Source: a virus
IMG/VR virus record: IMGVR_UViG_3300023174_003073
Coordinates: 106,987 to 170,986 of that record
Strand: one strand, 5' to 3'
DNA length: 64,000 nt
The notes under the pieces were generated by a model, which was not told where the DNA came from, searched no databases, and worked only from the letters and a program-made list of their open reading frames with translations. The translations under genes and the position numbers were made by a program. Within the stretch, counting starts at the first letter, position 1, and each line of letters starts with the position of its first letter. Shown in pieces: positions 20,022 through 30,905 of this stretch.

Positions 20022-22697
20022 TTATTTTATTCCGCTTAACTTTTTAAAGTCTTGTAGTAGACTTGTTGAATCTTTCAATAACGTTGTTTCAAAAGTAACT
20101 TGTGTTGGATTACCAACTGCTTGTGAACGCTTTTCTTTGTGCATGTCATTACCCATACTTAACAAATGCTTTAACTGTGCCATTTCTTCATGACCAGCTT
20201 CGTTTGCGTAATCTTCTTCAATACCTTCAGCATAAGGATTATCCGGTCCACGATATGCAGGGCGGGCTGCGCCTGGTAATTTTGATTTTGTTTGATGCCC
20301 TGGCCATGTGTTTCTAATATTAGTTTTTGCCACACCTTGCATTCGTTTCTTAAGTTCTTCCGGTGGTAGATTGCCAGCCTCAATATCATCTTGACGGTTT
20401 TGCAATCTATCAGGACTACGCATCCACTCACCTGTATGGGCTTTGTTGTATTGTGCATTTTGTGCGGCATTTCCACCAAATTTTTCATCTAACTGGCCTT
20501 CTTCAACTTGCTCTTCACCTGGCTCGCATACGCAACGTGCTTCAAACATACCACATTCGTTACATGTTCCGTGGTCTCCGTGGTCATGACCAGCTTCTTT
20601 AACTTTACCTTTGTATCCCGGAAAAGGGACATTTGCAGGATGTTTTTTATCAAACTCATCTTTTTCTGCAGGAGTTAATTCTTTACCTTCTTCTTCAAGA
20701 CTGCTTGTATCTGTATATTCCTTACCACCTATAGTGAATTCACCACCTTGAGGAGTATCTTTTAATTTCTCAGTCCATTCACTACCTTCATCTGTTTCTT
20801 CTTTACCATCTTCTTCATGGCTATGACCATCAGAACCATGTTGTGCTTGGTGATCGTCATCTGATCCTTCTTCGCTTTCATAGTCACTTGATGCTATGCC
20901 TTCTGGTTCGCCACTGTCTTGAATGCCTGACATTTTCTTAATCAATGCCATCATATCATCACCGTCTCCAACTACCGCTGGACTCATTTCTGGTTCGGAA
21001 CCAGCTCCTGTTGGTTCATGACCTCCCATTGGTGCACCATAATCACTATGTTCTTGTTCACCGCCGAATACACCTACGCCAGCAGAGCGTAGTACTTGTA
21101 GTAGTTGTTGAGCATCTCCGTCAGTAGCATTAACGCTTACTGAATCAGGTGACCCTTGTTGTCCTGTACTTGAAGATACTGTAATACCTTCGTTTAATAA
21201 AGAATTTAATTCTTTTTCCCAGTTCTCTAATTGAATATCTTTCATATTTTTACCTTCAAATGTTTTCTTGGGCTGACCCAAATTCTTTAAGAAACTTCCT
21301 GCTCTATCTGTGGCTGCATTGATAGGATCAACACTCCACGGCGTATGTTGTTGTGGTGCTTTAGCAATCTCAGCACGTTGTCTAATTGAACTTGGTTTAT
21401 TAGCATCCATGTAATGTTGTGTGAATTCACCTTCATCAGTGATTTTCTTTTTATTGTGGCCATGCACTTTTAAGAATGCTTCAAGTTTATCACTGCAATG
21501 ACCTGTTGAATTGAAGTTATCAATATCTTGTTGCAATTCTTGTAGCATGTCTTGCATGTCAGAATGTGTTTCATCCATCATTTCATTGAAGCTAATGCTT
21601 TCTTTGACTTTCTTTTTGTTACGTAATGTTTCAAGATCCTTAGCAGTAATTTTATCTTTTGGTGGCTCAACACCAGCAATTCTTTCTTGATTACCCGGTA
21701 AATCTTTTGCTTCCTCAACAGACTCTGAACTAGGACGTTTAAATCCATAGTGACGTTGCTGTGCTTGTCTCATACGGTCAGAAGTTCTAGGATAGCTAGG
21801 TTTTTCATCTTCCCAACCTTCATCATTGGCTCCACCGTCTTGTTGATAAGCATAAGAATCCTTCTTATCAAAACCTGTAGTTGCCGAATACTGGTCTCGG
21901 CTGTAAGCATCACGACCTCTATATCCACCTTCTTCTACTTGTTCTTCTTGTACTTTACCCCAGTCACCTTTAGCACGAATAGCAAATGCTAATTCTTTCA
22001 TGTTCTCGTACTGCTTGCTACCTTTTTCATGAGGTCCAGTTTTCTTTAAATGATTGTATGCTTTTAGTAATTCGCTTTTGCTTTTACCTTTGTACTTGCC
22101 TTTTTCTGATGGATCAGTTTTAACTGGCTTGTCAAATTCTTCGCCTAAATTATCACCGGCTAATGTCATTTCACCTTTGCCTAGTGATTGTTTAATTTGT
22201 GCGGCTAATTGTGGATTAGTAACTGTACCTAAAGTTTCATCACCTTGTTTGATAACCTGTGTATTTTGTTGAGCCGGTGCAATAGTTACTTGGTCAGCTT
22301 CATTAAGTTGATTTACTTCGGATGCTTCAATCCAATCTTTTAAACTTTTCTTTTCAGCTTTCTTTTCTTCTTTATCAGCATCTTTCATAGGTGTATGTTG
22401 ACTGCCTTTTTTACCTTTTGGTACATCACCTGTAGTGCGACCAAATATGTCACCTACTTTTTTATTCTTTGGATCGTCTTTGCCTGTCTTTGGCTTATCT
22501 GGATCTACTGGACGACCACGTGATTTTGGTTTGTCATCTTTAGGAGCAAGACTGGCTAAACTTACTTTGCCAATTGGTTTGCCGTATTGGTCAGTTTGTG
22601 TTTCTGAACCATGACGATTACCATATCCACCCGGACCTGCTTTGTGTACAGTCTCACTTATGTTATCCATTGATTGGAGTAATGATTTAAAATCCAT
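20022..22697 (-). CDS. large acidic low-complexity protein, candidate head-internal/scaffold protein
   Basis: 891 aa, D/E/K/G-rich, many [VIL]-x-E motifs. Confidence 0.55.
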   Translation of the reverse strand: MDFKSLLQSMDNISETVHKAGPGGYGNRHGSETQTDQYGKPIGKVSLASLAPKDDKPKSRGRPVDPDKPKTGKDDPKNKKVGDIFGRTTGDVPKGKKGSQHTPMKDADKEEKKAEKKSLKDWIEASEVNQLNEADQVTIAPAQQNTQVIKQGDETLGTVTNPQLAAQIKQSLGKGEMTLAGDNLGEEFDKPVKTDPSEKGKYKGKSKSELLKAYNHLKKTGPHEKGSKQYENMKELAFAIRAKGDWGKVQEEQVEEGGYRGRDAYSRDQYSATTGFDKKDSYAYQQDGGANDEGWEDEKPSYPRTSDRMRQAQQRHYGFKRPSSESVEEAKDLPGNQERIAGVEPPKDKITAKDLETLRNKKKVKESISFNEMMDETHSDMQDMLQELQQDIDNFNSTGHCSDKLEAFLKVHGHNKKKITDEGEFTQHYMDANKPSSIRQRAEIAKAPQQHTPWSVDPINAATDRAGSFLKNLGQPKKTFEGKNMKDIQLENWEKELNSLLNEGITVSSSTGQQGSPDSVSVNATDGDAQQLLQVLRSAGVGVFGGEQEHSDYGAPMGGHEPTGAGSEPEMSPAVVGDGDDMMALIKKMSGIQDSGEPEGIASSDYESEEGSDDDHQAQHGSDGHSHEEDGKEETDEGSEWTEKLKDTPQGGEFTIGGKEYTDTSSLEEEGKELTPAEKDEFDKKHPANVPFPGYKGKVKEAGHDHGDHGTCNECGMFEARCVCEPGEEQVEEGQLDEKFGGNAAQNAQYNKAHTGEWMRSPDRLQNRQDDIEAGNLPPEELKKRMQGVAKTNIRNTWPGHQTKSKLPGAARPAYRGPDNPYAEGIEEDYANEAGHEEMAQLKHLLSMGNDMHKEKRSQAVGNPTQVTFETTLLKDSTSLLQDFKKLSGIK

Positions 22698-22918
22698 TAT
22701 TTTGATCCTTGTTTTCTATCTAATTTATCTTCCATGCGAGTTAACTGTTTTTGTAACTCTATCATATTTCTTTTCATATCATCCATTTTAACACTTGATA
22801 CTTGTACACTAGTATCTAGCTCTTTAATTTTAGCATCTAGGGACATGTAACCTGTGCCACCGATACTACATGCACCAATGAGTATCCAACTCAATTGAGT
22901 AGATGTGAAATCAATCAT
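22697..22918 (-). CDS. small membrane-anchored coiled-coil protein
   Basis: N-terminal hydrophobic helix plus heptad-rich C-terminus. Confidence 0.55.
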   Translation of the reverse strand: MIDFTSTQLSWILIGACSIGGTGYMSLDAKIKELDTSVQVSSVKMDDMKRNMIELQKQLTRMEDKLDRKQGSK

Positions 22919-23523
22919 TTGTGTGCTCCGGTTGGTGGTTTTGCTGGCATTTTTACATTACTGAAGGGACTCGTTGTATGAATGCCTTCTTTACTTGTGT
23001 TCTTAATTGTTGCTGTTTTCTTTGCATTGTATGGGATATCAATGCTTGGCTCTTTTGGAATTACTTTATCTAAGTATTGATTAGCATAGTCTTTACTAGC
23101 CTGTTTACCGTTATCTTCTAACTCAGGAGTATTGAGCAATGCTTCTTTTTTCTCATCAGTTACTTGATTAGCATACTTGTCATTTTCAGCATTGATGCTG
23201 TCATTGTAGTCGCTAGTAACTGCACGAATTCGGTTGATGTTAACACCACAATGCTGTGCAACTTGTTGAATCATTGGTTCAGTTGCTGGATACTTAAATT
23301 CAACTTGAATGATTGTTACACTTTGATTCATCTCAGCTTCGGGAAATCCATAAGGATTTTTTTGAATTGGAGTTGTCTTTGGATCGCTGATTTTGACAGG
23401 ATCAAATTTGCTTAGATTGTGTGTGAACAAATCTATAAATTTATTGTCCACATCACCCAAGACTTTAATCGTGTAGTTGTATGTGCGAACACTTTCCATT
23501 AAGTAATGACGAAGGGTTTTCAT
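22915..23523 (-). CDS. hypothetical late protein
   Basis: 202 aa; GATAAATA at 23543-23550. Confidence 0.65.
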   Translation of the reverse strand: MKTLRHYLMESVRTYNYTIKVLGDVDNKFIDLFTHNLSKFDPVKISDPKTTPIQKNPYGFPEAEMNQSVTIIQVEFKYPATEPMIQQVAQHCGVNINRIRAVTSDYNDSINAENDKYANQVTDEKKEALLNTPELEDNGKQASKDYANQYLDKVIPKEPSIDIPYNAKKTATIKNTSKEGIHTTSPFSNVKMPAKPPTGAHK

Positions 23524-23548
23524 TATGTTATTCCTATTGTATTATTTA

Positions 23549-24034
23549 TCAATTTTCCGTTTTTTTGTTTGCCAATATGGTTTTGAGCAATTCGTTACGG
23601 TCTACTAGACTACCCTCACCTAAAGGGGTAGACTCTATTTCTTCTGTCTTACTGTTAATCTTCTGGTCTAATTGTGCTTTCTTAAGCTGTAAATCAAGCA
23701 TTTTTAGCTTTTTATTAATCTTTGCAGTCTTAGCAGTGATAGCATGTCCTAGCATACTACTTGCACTATTGAATATTTCACTAGCAAAGCGACTATCTAC
23801 CTGCATACCCAAATCCATCAAGTCTTTGTAGCTATCTTTTGCCAATGTAGCAAGCTCATCCATTTCAGTATCGCTGGCTTCTAATCCGCGCACTTGAGGC
23901 AATGCATTCTCAATTTTCTGTAATGTATCGTATGTTTCTTGGCTAGTAAGATTTACTTGAGTGTTTTCAAATACTTGAGTATTGATTTCTTCATCAACCG
24001 GTAGTTCAAATAATTCTTCTAATTTCTTAGTCAT
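23549..24034 (-). CDS. possible terminase small subunit-like helical protein
   Basis: Size, helical/coiled-coil pattern and position after the gp4-like gene; weak resemblance only. Confidence 0.35.
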   Translation of the reverse strand: MTKKLEELFELPVDEEINTQVFENTQVNLTSQETYDTLQKIENALPQVRGLEASDTEMDELATLAKDSYKDLMDLGMQVDSRFASEIFNSASSMLGHAITAKTAKINKKLKMLDLQLKKAQLDQKINSKTEEIESTPLGEGSLVDRNELLKTILANKKTEN

Positions 24035-24061
24035 ATATTGTCCTAAATAACAGTATATTTA

Positions 24062-24499
24062 TTACTTACGACGGCCCTGATGAAAAAGGTCATCTTCAGT
24101 TACGACACGAAATGCAAAACCATTTTGCTTACAATATGCATTGGCTGCTATCCATTTAGCATGATTAACTGCAACTACTGCTCTATCTCTAGCATTGGCA
24201 ACTTTGCTTTCAATAAGACTTTGTTTTTTTGGTTTTATTTCGACAACTTCGGCTACTTGTTGACCATGTCTGTTTTGATAAACTACAAAGAAATCGGGGA
24301 TATACATTGACATTTTGCCGGTTAATGGGTGGCGGTATGGGATACTGATTGCTTCGCTGGCCCATTTAAGTACATTCTTATTGTTATCACAAAACATCAT
24401 AAAGGTCATTTCCCATCCACTGCGATATCTTGGTTTATGTTTACCGATATACTTTTCAGTATTTTGAACTTCGTATATCCCCTGAGCAAAACTAGCCAT
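24062..24499 (-). CDS. head completion nuclease (T4 gp4-like, TnsA-N fold)
   Basis: YRS.WE..FM..CD.N..V..W.SE...IPY, Y.PDF, VEIKP. Confidence 0.88.
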   Translation of the reverse strand: MASFAQGIYEVQNTEKYIGKHKPRYRSGWEMTFMMFCDNNKNVLKWASEAISIPYRHPLTGKMSMYIPDFFVVYQNRHGQQVAEVVEIKPKKQSLIESKVANARDRAVVAVNHAKWIAANAYCKQNGFAFRVVTEDDLFHQGRRK

Positions 24500-24864
24500 T
24501 ATATTACTATATTTCGTTGTATAGATTCATTAGGTGTTGGATAAGCATTTACTCCATATAATGTAGTTTTGCTTTTAAGACTGTTGAGATAATATGCCAT
24601 CAATGCTGAAACTTTAATCTTATTTGAATTACCCTGTACATAATCTAATATAGTTAGCACTTCTTCGTTTAGCATATTAGCAATTCTAAATAACATGGTT
24701 GTGAAATTTCTTGCAGTATTTCTATCTTTACTAACTGATAAAAAATATGAAAATACAATTTCAAAGCGGTTAGCTTCAACTGTTATATCAAAATTATAGA
24801 ACTGGTCAAATACTCGTACAGTATTATCAAGTTGTGTTTGTGGGCCATCAATTAGTTGTGTCAT
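24499..24864 (-). CDS. hypothetical late protein
   Basis: 121 aa; TATAAATA at 24881-24888. Confidence 0.6.
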   Translation of the reverse strand: MTQLIDGPQTQLDNTVRVFDQFYNFDITVEANRFEIVFSYFLSVSKDRNTARNFTTMLFRIANMLNEEVLTILDYVQGNSNKIKVSALMAYYLNSLKSKTTLYGVNAYPTPNESIQRNIVI

Positions 24865-24893
24865 ATCTACCTCGTAGATATATTTATACTATG

Positions 24894-26165
24894 TTAAAAT
24901 AGTTTATTTCCGGCTGCATCGCTAGTTTGAACTATCGGCGGAGATGATGGGGGTGCTGAAGGCTTGGATCCAAATTTATTCACAACAGATCCAATTGCAT
25001 TATTAATGGATTGTGTACTAGAGGAAACAGCAGTAGGAAAATTGAATTGATTGTTTCTGTTTGGTGTACCTGATATAGCATTGGTTGCCATACCTAAGGC
25101 TTCACCCTTAGCAATGTTAAGTATGTTTGCAGGATTTTTGAATGTTTGTGCGGCTGCTCCGGCTTTTTGAATAGCCCCAACATAATTTCCACTAGCAATA
25201 TCATTTATAATACCACCGGCGGTGTCAACTAAACCACCTTGACCAAGAATACTTGCATTACTACCTGGCCTTGCAATAGGACTTAATGTTCTATCATATG
25301 TTGCATCATTACCAAAGTCTTTAACAATTTCACCGGGTGCTCTACCATCAATCGCACCATCGTAATATTTTACTGTTTCAAATTGAAATTGCATGGTATT
25401 TTCCATAACACCGCTTTCACTGTATGAATAGGTATCGTGTCCAAAACTTTCAATGATGGGATTTATCAATCTATACATAGCAAAGTTATGCTGATTAAAA
25501 CCATAGATATCAATTGACTTAAAGAAAGGAATTTTTACTTTACCCGGTAAACTACTTGAACTTACTGAATATTGATTACCTTCACCTATATAACCCCAAT
25601 CATCATTACCACTCAATGAAGGTTCGTATATATTACGATTATTGTCATATACTTTTCCGCTTGAAATTGCGGCTGCTTCTCTAGGTTGACCGGTTTGGCG
25701 TGAGTTATAAACATCCAAATCAACTTGTGCCGCATCTTTATAGTAATAGGTATAATAAGCATGCCATAGTTTTCTAACTAGGTTGTTATTATCATCGTGG
25801 AAAGTTATTTGTATTGGATCATACTTAATTTTTGTCTGTATGATTCTTTTTCTGTTGTATTGATTTAGTGTAGTCAAATCAAAACCATATTTTGGAAGTT
25901 GAACTGTTTTGACAGTTAATCCAAAATTTGCATCTTGTGGCCAATTTTTATCAACATCAGTGAATGCTTTATTGATATCAAAATAAACATGAAATAAATG
26001 TTTATATTTTGGTGCATAAGCATAACTATTGCTTCTAAAGGTTTTACTTGCGTGAGTGTAATCACGCAAGTAATCATTACCAAAAAATGCTTTTACTGCA
26101 TTTGTGCCTTCGGTTTTAACTGTTCTTACTGCGTCTTGCAGTACATTTTGAAAGAAACCTGACAT
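24894..26165 (-). CDS. tail-tube-like baseplate protein (gp48/gp54-like)
   Basis: LPK......NQYNRKR......YDPI.ITFHDD tube-fold signature; immediately follows the tube gene. Confidence 0.6.
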   Translation of the reverse strand: MSGFFQNVLQDAVRTVKTEGTNAVKAFFGNDYLRDYTHASKTFRSNSYAYAPKYKHLFHVYFDINKAFTDVDKNWPQDANFGLTVKTVQLPKYGFDLTTLNQYNRKRIIQTKIKYDPIQITFHDDNNNLVRKLWHAYYTYYYKDAAQVDLDVYNSRQTGQPREAAAISSGKVYDNNRNIYEPSLSGNDDWGYIGEGNQYSVSSSSLPGKVKIPFFKSIDIYGFNQHNFAMYRLINPIIESFGHDTYSYSESGVMENTMQFQFETVKYYDGAIDGRAPGEIVKDFGNDATYDRTLSPIARPGSNASILGQGGLVDTAGGIINDIASGNYVGAIQKAGAAAQTFKNPANILNIAKGEALGMATNAISGTPNRNNQFNFPTAVSSSTQSINNAIGSVVNKFGSKPSAPPSSPPIVQTSDAAGNKLF

Positions 26166-26177
26166 TAGTTACCTGAA

Positions 26178-26807
26178 TTATCTACCTAAACCAGTAACTG
26201 CGCCACCGCCAAATGCACGACCCACATTAGTACCGATACCAGAAGCTAACGGTGATTGAATTGCGTTATCAAAACGAATACTCAATTGAATTGTAGCTGG
26301 GTCATTTGATTTATAGTCCATGTTATTATAGTTAGCTGTCTTAATGAAACAACCATATAGTTCCCATGTTTCTAGTACGTTGGGTGTAAGTGTACCATTA
26401 CCACCGTCTAGAATTTCATAGTTAATTTGGAATTTATAATCTTGACCAGTTGCCGCACTTGCTTGTTCAACAAAGTCGAATTGTTTCTGTAGTTGTTGAC
26501 CAACTAATTTAGAAACGTTTCCGGCTGCGTCATCACGCAAATTGATTTGTGTTTCTTGCCATGAATGTTTACCAGCTAGATAAATCTTGCTGTTATAAAT
26601 GTCAATAACTGTTTCTTCAAACTGAACTTGAGGACGTTGAATGTCCATTACTTGCTTAGTCAACTCTTGTGTTGCACCACCAGTACCAAAGTTTAAAAAT
26701 AATGCTCTGAATCTAAACTGTAACTTAGGCATCAACAAACCCTGAGAACTAGGTGTGTTATCTGCTCCGACAGTCATGTTGAACAATGAATTTGAGGCTG
26801 TTGCCAT
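26178..26807 (-). CDS. tail tube protein (gp19-like)
   Basis: YLAGKHSW....I.LRDD, W.LYGCF......DY......I.L.IRFDNA; follows the sheath gene; GATAAATA at 26827-26834. Confidence 0.85.
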   Translation of the reverse strand: MATASNSLFNMTVGADNTPSSQGLLMPKLQFRFRALFLNFGTGGATQELTKQVMDIQRPQVQFEETVIDIYNSKIYLAGKHSWQETQINLRDDAAGNVSKLVGQQLQKQFDFVEQASAATGQDYKFQINYEILDGGNGTLTPNVLETWELYGCFIKTANYNNMDYKSNDPATIQLSIRFDNAIQSPLASGIGTNVGRAFGGGAVTGLGR

Positions 26808-26841
26808 ATTTCTATCTCCTATATATTATTTATCTTAAATA

Positions 26842-26859
26842 ACTCCCCCTAAGGGGAGT
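26842..26859 (-). terminator. hairpin or terminator between sheath and tube genes
   Basis: ACTCCCC/GGGGAGT stem followed by TATTT. Confidence 0.5.
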
Positions 26860-26863
26860 CATT

Positions 26864-29800
26864 TTATCCTGCTGAGGATAAAGCCCCAGTGTTCATAATA
26901 CGAACCGGTATATAGATAAATTCCGCTGCCTTAACAGGTTCAATAGCAATATCGATCCATAATTCATTTCTATCTATCTTCGCAGGTGTATTATTACTTG
27001 CATCACATACAACTAGATAGTCATATAAACCACGTTTAGCAACTAAGTCGATAAACAATGATTGTACTACACCGGATAATTGATTACGTGTTAGAGCATC
27101 ATTTGGTTCGAATACGAACGGACGAGCCGCAACTTGCAATCTTTCACGGATATAGCAAACTAAACGTGCAACATTAATACGATCCAATGCACTTTGTGTA
27201 TCTTTACTGTTCTTGTTACCATAATTCAATAAACCAATACCAGTAAAGTATGCTAATGGATTAATTTGATTTGTATAAAGAACATCACGGATACTCATAC
27301 GATTCTTAACTACTTGGAATTCACCAGTAGTTGAATCTAAATAACCGATATTTGTAGCATTATCAATTGTACCACGGCGTGTACCTGCTGGAGCTAACCA
27401 AGGATAACCGATAGTATCATTGCGTAACAATGTACGCAACATCATATGACTTGCTGGAACAACGGCTGCTGTACCTGTCAAATCTGTAGTAATACCGCTT
27501 GGATAGAATACACCCAAATAACTATCACGTGTAACCCATGCATCTTCACCTGTTGCTGTTGCTAATGAAGTGTTGTTTGCCCAAGCCGTGATGCTATTTG
27601 CATCATCAGCTAGTCTTAATGGAGTATCACCAACAATATAAGCAGTGTTATGGCGATCATTATTCAATGTTACCATATTAGGTTGTAGTTCAGGATATCC
27701 TGGAGCTGCAATCAAATTGAAAGTGTTATCTTCTTCACGGATTGTTTGATTAGTATCGATAGCTTGCTTCATTGCCGCTACTATCAATGCACGTTGTGCC
27801 TTACGGCCCATGTATGCTGATCCATCTGCCTTCAATCCACTTACACTCACCCATGTATAGCTAACTTGAGGTAAGTTAGCATTGTTTGCTGGGGCACCTG
27901 CATTATATATGCCTGCATTAGGATAATTTTTACCTGTAAAATAATCAGTAGTGAACTGTTTTACATTGTATCCTGAGCGGCGTGTATTGAATAATAACAT
28001 ACCCTGTGGATATAGTGCTGGATCCGGTGCATCTAAATCTAGATGGTCACTTGTTAATAAACTAGTAATAGTTGGAATTGGATCATTTACAGGATCAACG
28101 TTACCTGCATTTGCCCAACGTGCATCAGCAAATAATAATCCATTTGAACTTGTTTGGTCTGTCTTATCAATCAATACCCATTGATCCACAGAACTAACTG
28201 ATTCCCAACGATATAGCATTGGATAATTTTCTAGATCACCTGAATCAATCCATAAATCACCATACACTAATGCTGTACTATCAGATTGTGTTGTAGGGGC
28301 CGTAGCTGATACGATCGGTCCTGCTGGGTCTGTACTCGGAGAACCACTATTAGAAGGATGTCCATTGCTATCAAAGTTTACGTTTCTGTAACCTTTCCAT
28401 ACACCGTTCTTGTTGACCATAATATCAACTGAGCTTGGTGTGCTATAGAACCATTTTGTTCCATTAGCTGGATTCTGTACTGGCGCACCTTCGTTTGCAG
28501 TATAAGTTAACAATTCCCAATTAGATATTTGCAATGCATAACTAAAGTTAGGAGTACCACTCTTATATGCAACTGATACAATAGCTCCTGAGTTTACTCC
28601 GGTAACAGTTACTTTTAAATTATTTGAACTTGACAGTCCACCCAACTGTGCGTAAGAAATAGTAACTTCATCTCCTACAGTATATCCGGTTCCACTAGAA
28701 GCACTTATAATTTCGTAACTAGTTCCTACTTTAATATTAAATGAAGCACCGGATCCACCACCATTAGTAGCAGTAGGACTTGCTCCTAAATTATAGTAAG
28801 GAATAATTGGTCCAGCACGTACACTTACGTCTAATGGAGTAAAAGAATCATCATAAAATCCTAATTCTGCTAATATACCGGTAATTAAACCATCATCGCC
28901 TCTTTGGTCTATAATGATTTCACCACCTAATGTATGAGTAATCTGTAATGCACCATCAGTTGTAATGCTTGCAGTTGTATATGGAATTTGTGCAAGTTGC
29001 CAATCATTTACAAAAGAAGCAAGAGTTGTATCCGAATTATAGAATGTACGAGAAATTCCAGGTAAGCCATCGCCTACTACTTCACCAGGTGCACTTACAT
29101 ATACTGTTAATTTATTTCCAGATGTAAGTGTTGGGTCTGCGATAGGAGAAGTAAATACCGTTGGTCCTGTTGCAAATCTTCTCAATAAACCTAAAGGTGC
29201 ATCTGTATAATTATTATTAAAACAATATTTACCAAATACGGTACCTACTGGAATTGCTTTTCCACCTGTACTGTCTAACGCTGAAATAGCGTCAACATCA
29301 TTGCGATAAAAAGAAACATTGGCGCCGGACCATGATCCTGTAGTGGTACTATATTCTGATAAAGCAAGATTTAAACCTTTTCCTGCGGCGCTTGTTTTAA
29401 TCCAAACACTTCCGGTTGGGTGTGGGAATGCTTGACTAGCTGTCCATAATGGCATTCTTGCACTTGAACCGTATACTACTTCAGGTGCATTATACATTTT
29501 TTCAGTAATGCCTAAATCATCCAAAACAGTACTACCGGCAACACTAATAATTCTAATATAATTCATAGTAGTTGTTGGATAATTAGAATATATATTAAGT
29601 TTTCCATCAATAACTGCTGCATTTAAATAACCGTCATTCAAGTTATTGATTGCTGTTGCAAGACCGTCAACTGTATTATTAGGTGATGCTGGAACTGTGA
29701 CAGTTCTATCGCCGGAGCCGTTGTTATTTAATTTAAATGTATGTCCTGCTGTCAATCCAGGATTTGATGCTGTTCCAGAAACTGTTGGAATAACACCACT

Positions 29801-30445
29801 CCAAAAGCGACTGCCCAAAGTAACCCAAATATTACCAACTGATTTTAACCAATATGTTGCCGGTGCGTTTTGCATTGAAATTATTGCATAGTCACCTACA
29901 TTTCCAATAGTATCTAATGGAAAGTTTGATTCTGTCATTTGATCGGCGCTAGTAATGACTATCGGAGATTTTTCAACAAACAAACCAGTTGTTGCATTAA
30001 ATTCATAGATACCCCATGTAGAATTAGTTGTATCTAACCAATATGCACCATCTTCTGCTTCACCTGATGGTCTAGAAACTGAACCTACTAATTCAGCTAA
30101 GTCAATATCTGCTCTTACAATATAGCAACGATTAGTCAAACCCATTAACGAATAAGCAGCCAATAAGCCGTATTCATTTAATTCATATCCATGAATTGGT
30201 GTTCCGTTTGTTGTTTTGTAAAAGAATGGATTACCGAATAATGTTGTTAAGTCACGCTGACTTGTTACTTGGTACATTTTATTTGCATTTGCTTTTGTTG
30301 TACCTGCCGCAACTGCGGTTGCTGCCGCATTTGCTTTGCTTTGTGCTGATGCCACAATTAATAGTGGGACTGAATTTGATGCTGCCGGTAAGTATTGACT
30401 TTCATCAATGATGTTTACTTCTACACCTGCTGATACTAGTGCCAT
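26864..30445 (-). CDS. contractile tail sheath protein (gp18-like) with large internal insertions
   Basis: MALVSAGVEV..IDES N-terminus; C-terminal PWLAPAGTRRG, LY...INP, SALDRINVARL, FEPND, PVKAAEFIYI. Confidence 0.93.
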   Translation of the reverse strand: MALVSAGVEVNIIDESQYLPAASNSVPLLIVASAQSKANAAATAVAAGTTKANANKMYQVTSQRDLTTLFGNPFFYKTTNGTPIHGYELNEYGLLAAYSLMGLTNRCYIVRADIDLAELVGSVSRPSGEAEDGAYWLDTTNSTWGIYEFNATTGLFVEKSPIVITSADQMTESNFPLDTIGNVGDYAIISMQNAPATYWLKSVGNIWVTLGSRFWSGVIPTVSGTASNPGLTAGHTFKLNNNGSGDRTVTVPASPNNTVDGLATAINNLNDGYLNAAVIDGKLNIYSNYPTTTMNYIRIISVAGSTVLDDLGITEKMYNAPEVVYGSSARMPLWTASQAFPHPTGSVWIKTSAAGKGLNLALSEYSTTTGSWSGANVSFYRNDVDAISALDSTGGKAIPVGTVFGKYCFNNNYTDAPLGLLRRFATGPTVFTSPIADPTLTSGNKLTVYVSAPGEVVGDGLPGISRTFYNSDTTLASFVNDWQLAQIPYTTASITTDGALQITHTLGGEIIIDQRGDDGLITGILAELGFYDDSFTPLDVSVRAGPIIPYYNLGASPTATNGGGSGASFNIKVGTSYEIISASSGTGYTVGDEVTISYAQLGGLSSSNNLKVTVTGVNSGAIVSVAYKSGTPNFSYALQISNWELLTYTANEGAPVQNPANGTKWFYSTPSSVDIMVNKNGVWKGYRNVNFDSNGHPSNSGSPSTDPAGPIVSATAPTTQSDSTALVYGDLWIDSGDLENYPMLYRWESVSSVDQWVLIDKTDQTSSNGLLFADARWANAGNVDPVNDPIPTITSLLTSDHLDLDAPDPALYPQGMLLFNTRRSGYNVKQFTTDYFTGKNYPNAGIYNAGAPANNANLPQVSYTWVSVSGLKADGSAYMGRKAQRALIVAAMKQAIDTNQTIREEDNTFNLIAAPGYPELQPNMVTLNNDRHNTAYIVGDTPLRLADDANSITAWANNTSLATATGEDAWVTRDSYLGVFYPSGITTDLTGTAAVVPASHMMLRTLLRNDTIGYPWLAPAGTRRGTIDNATNIGYLDSTTGEFQVVKNRMSIRDVLYTNQINPLAYFTGIGLLNYGNKNSKDTQSALDRINVARLVCYIRERLQVAARPFVFEPNDALTRNQLSGVVQSLFIDLVAKRGLYDYLVVCDASNNTPAKIDRNELWIDIAIEPVKAAEFIYIPVRIMNTGALSSAG

Positions 30446-30563
30446 GTTATTTTTCCTTTATGTTATGATTATGAGGGTTAACGCCCTAACGTACTAATAT
30501 TTAGTGTAAATGGTAAAAAAGTACCAATTACCGTGCCTTCGAAGGTTCCTAGCTAAATACTTA

Positions 30564-30905
30564 ATGAGACCTATCTGCAAAACATGTGGTAAGAATAACA
30601 CAGCCGTAAACTATAAACGTGACGGTGTGACACATTATCGTAGTATGTGTGATGAGTGTGGTCGTAAGAAAAATAAACTTAAACCAAGAGAGCCTAGTTG
30701 GAAAAAGTCAGGGTATAAGAAAAAAGCCACATGTGACTTATGTGGCTTTAAAAGTTTATATCCTAGTCAATTAACAGTCTTTCATATAGACGGTAAATTA
30801 GAACACACTGAGTTTACTAATCTACGTACAATTTGTTTAAATTGTGTAGAAGTTGTCAAAAGAAAAGAAGTTAATTGGAAGCGTGGTGACTTAGAAGTTG
30901 ACTAA
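30564..30905 (+). CDS. Zn-finger / degenerate HNH-like protein
   Basis: Four CxxC pairs; HIDG......NL..IC.NC lacks the final His; start trimmed to MRPICK. Confidence 0.6.
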   Translation: MRPICKTCGKNNTAVNYKRDGVTHYRSMCDECGRKKNKLKPREPSWKKSGYKKKATCDLCGFKSLYPSQLTVFHIDGKLEHTEFTNLRTICLNCVEVVKRKEVNWKRGDLEVD

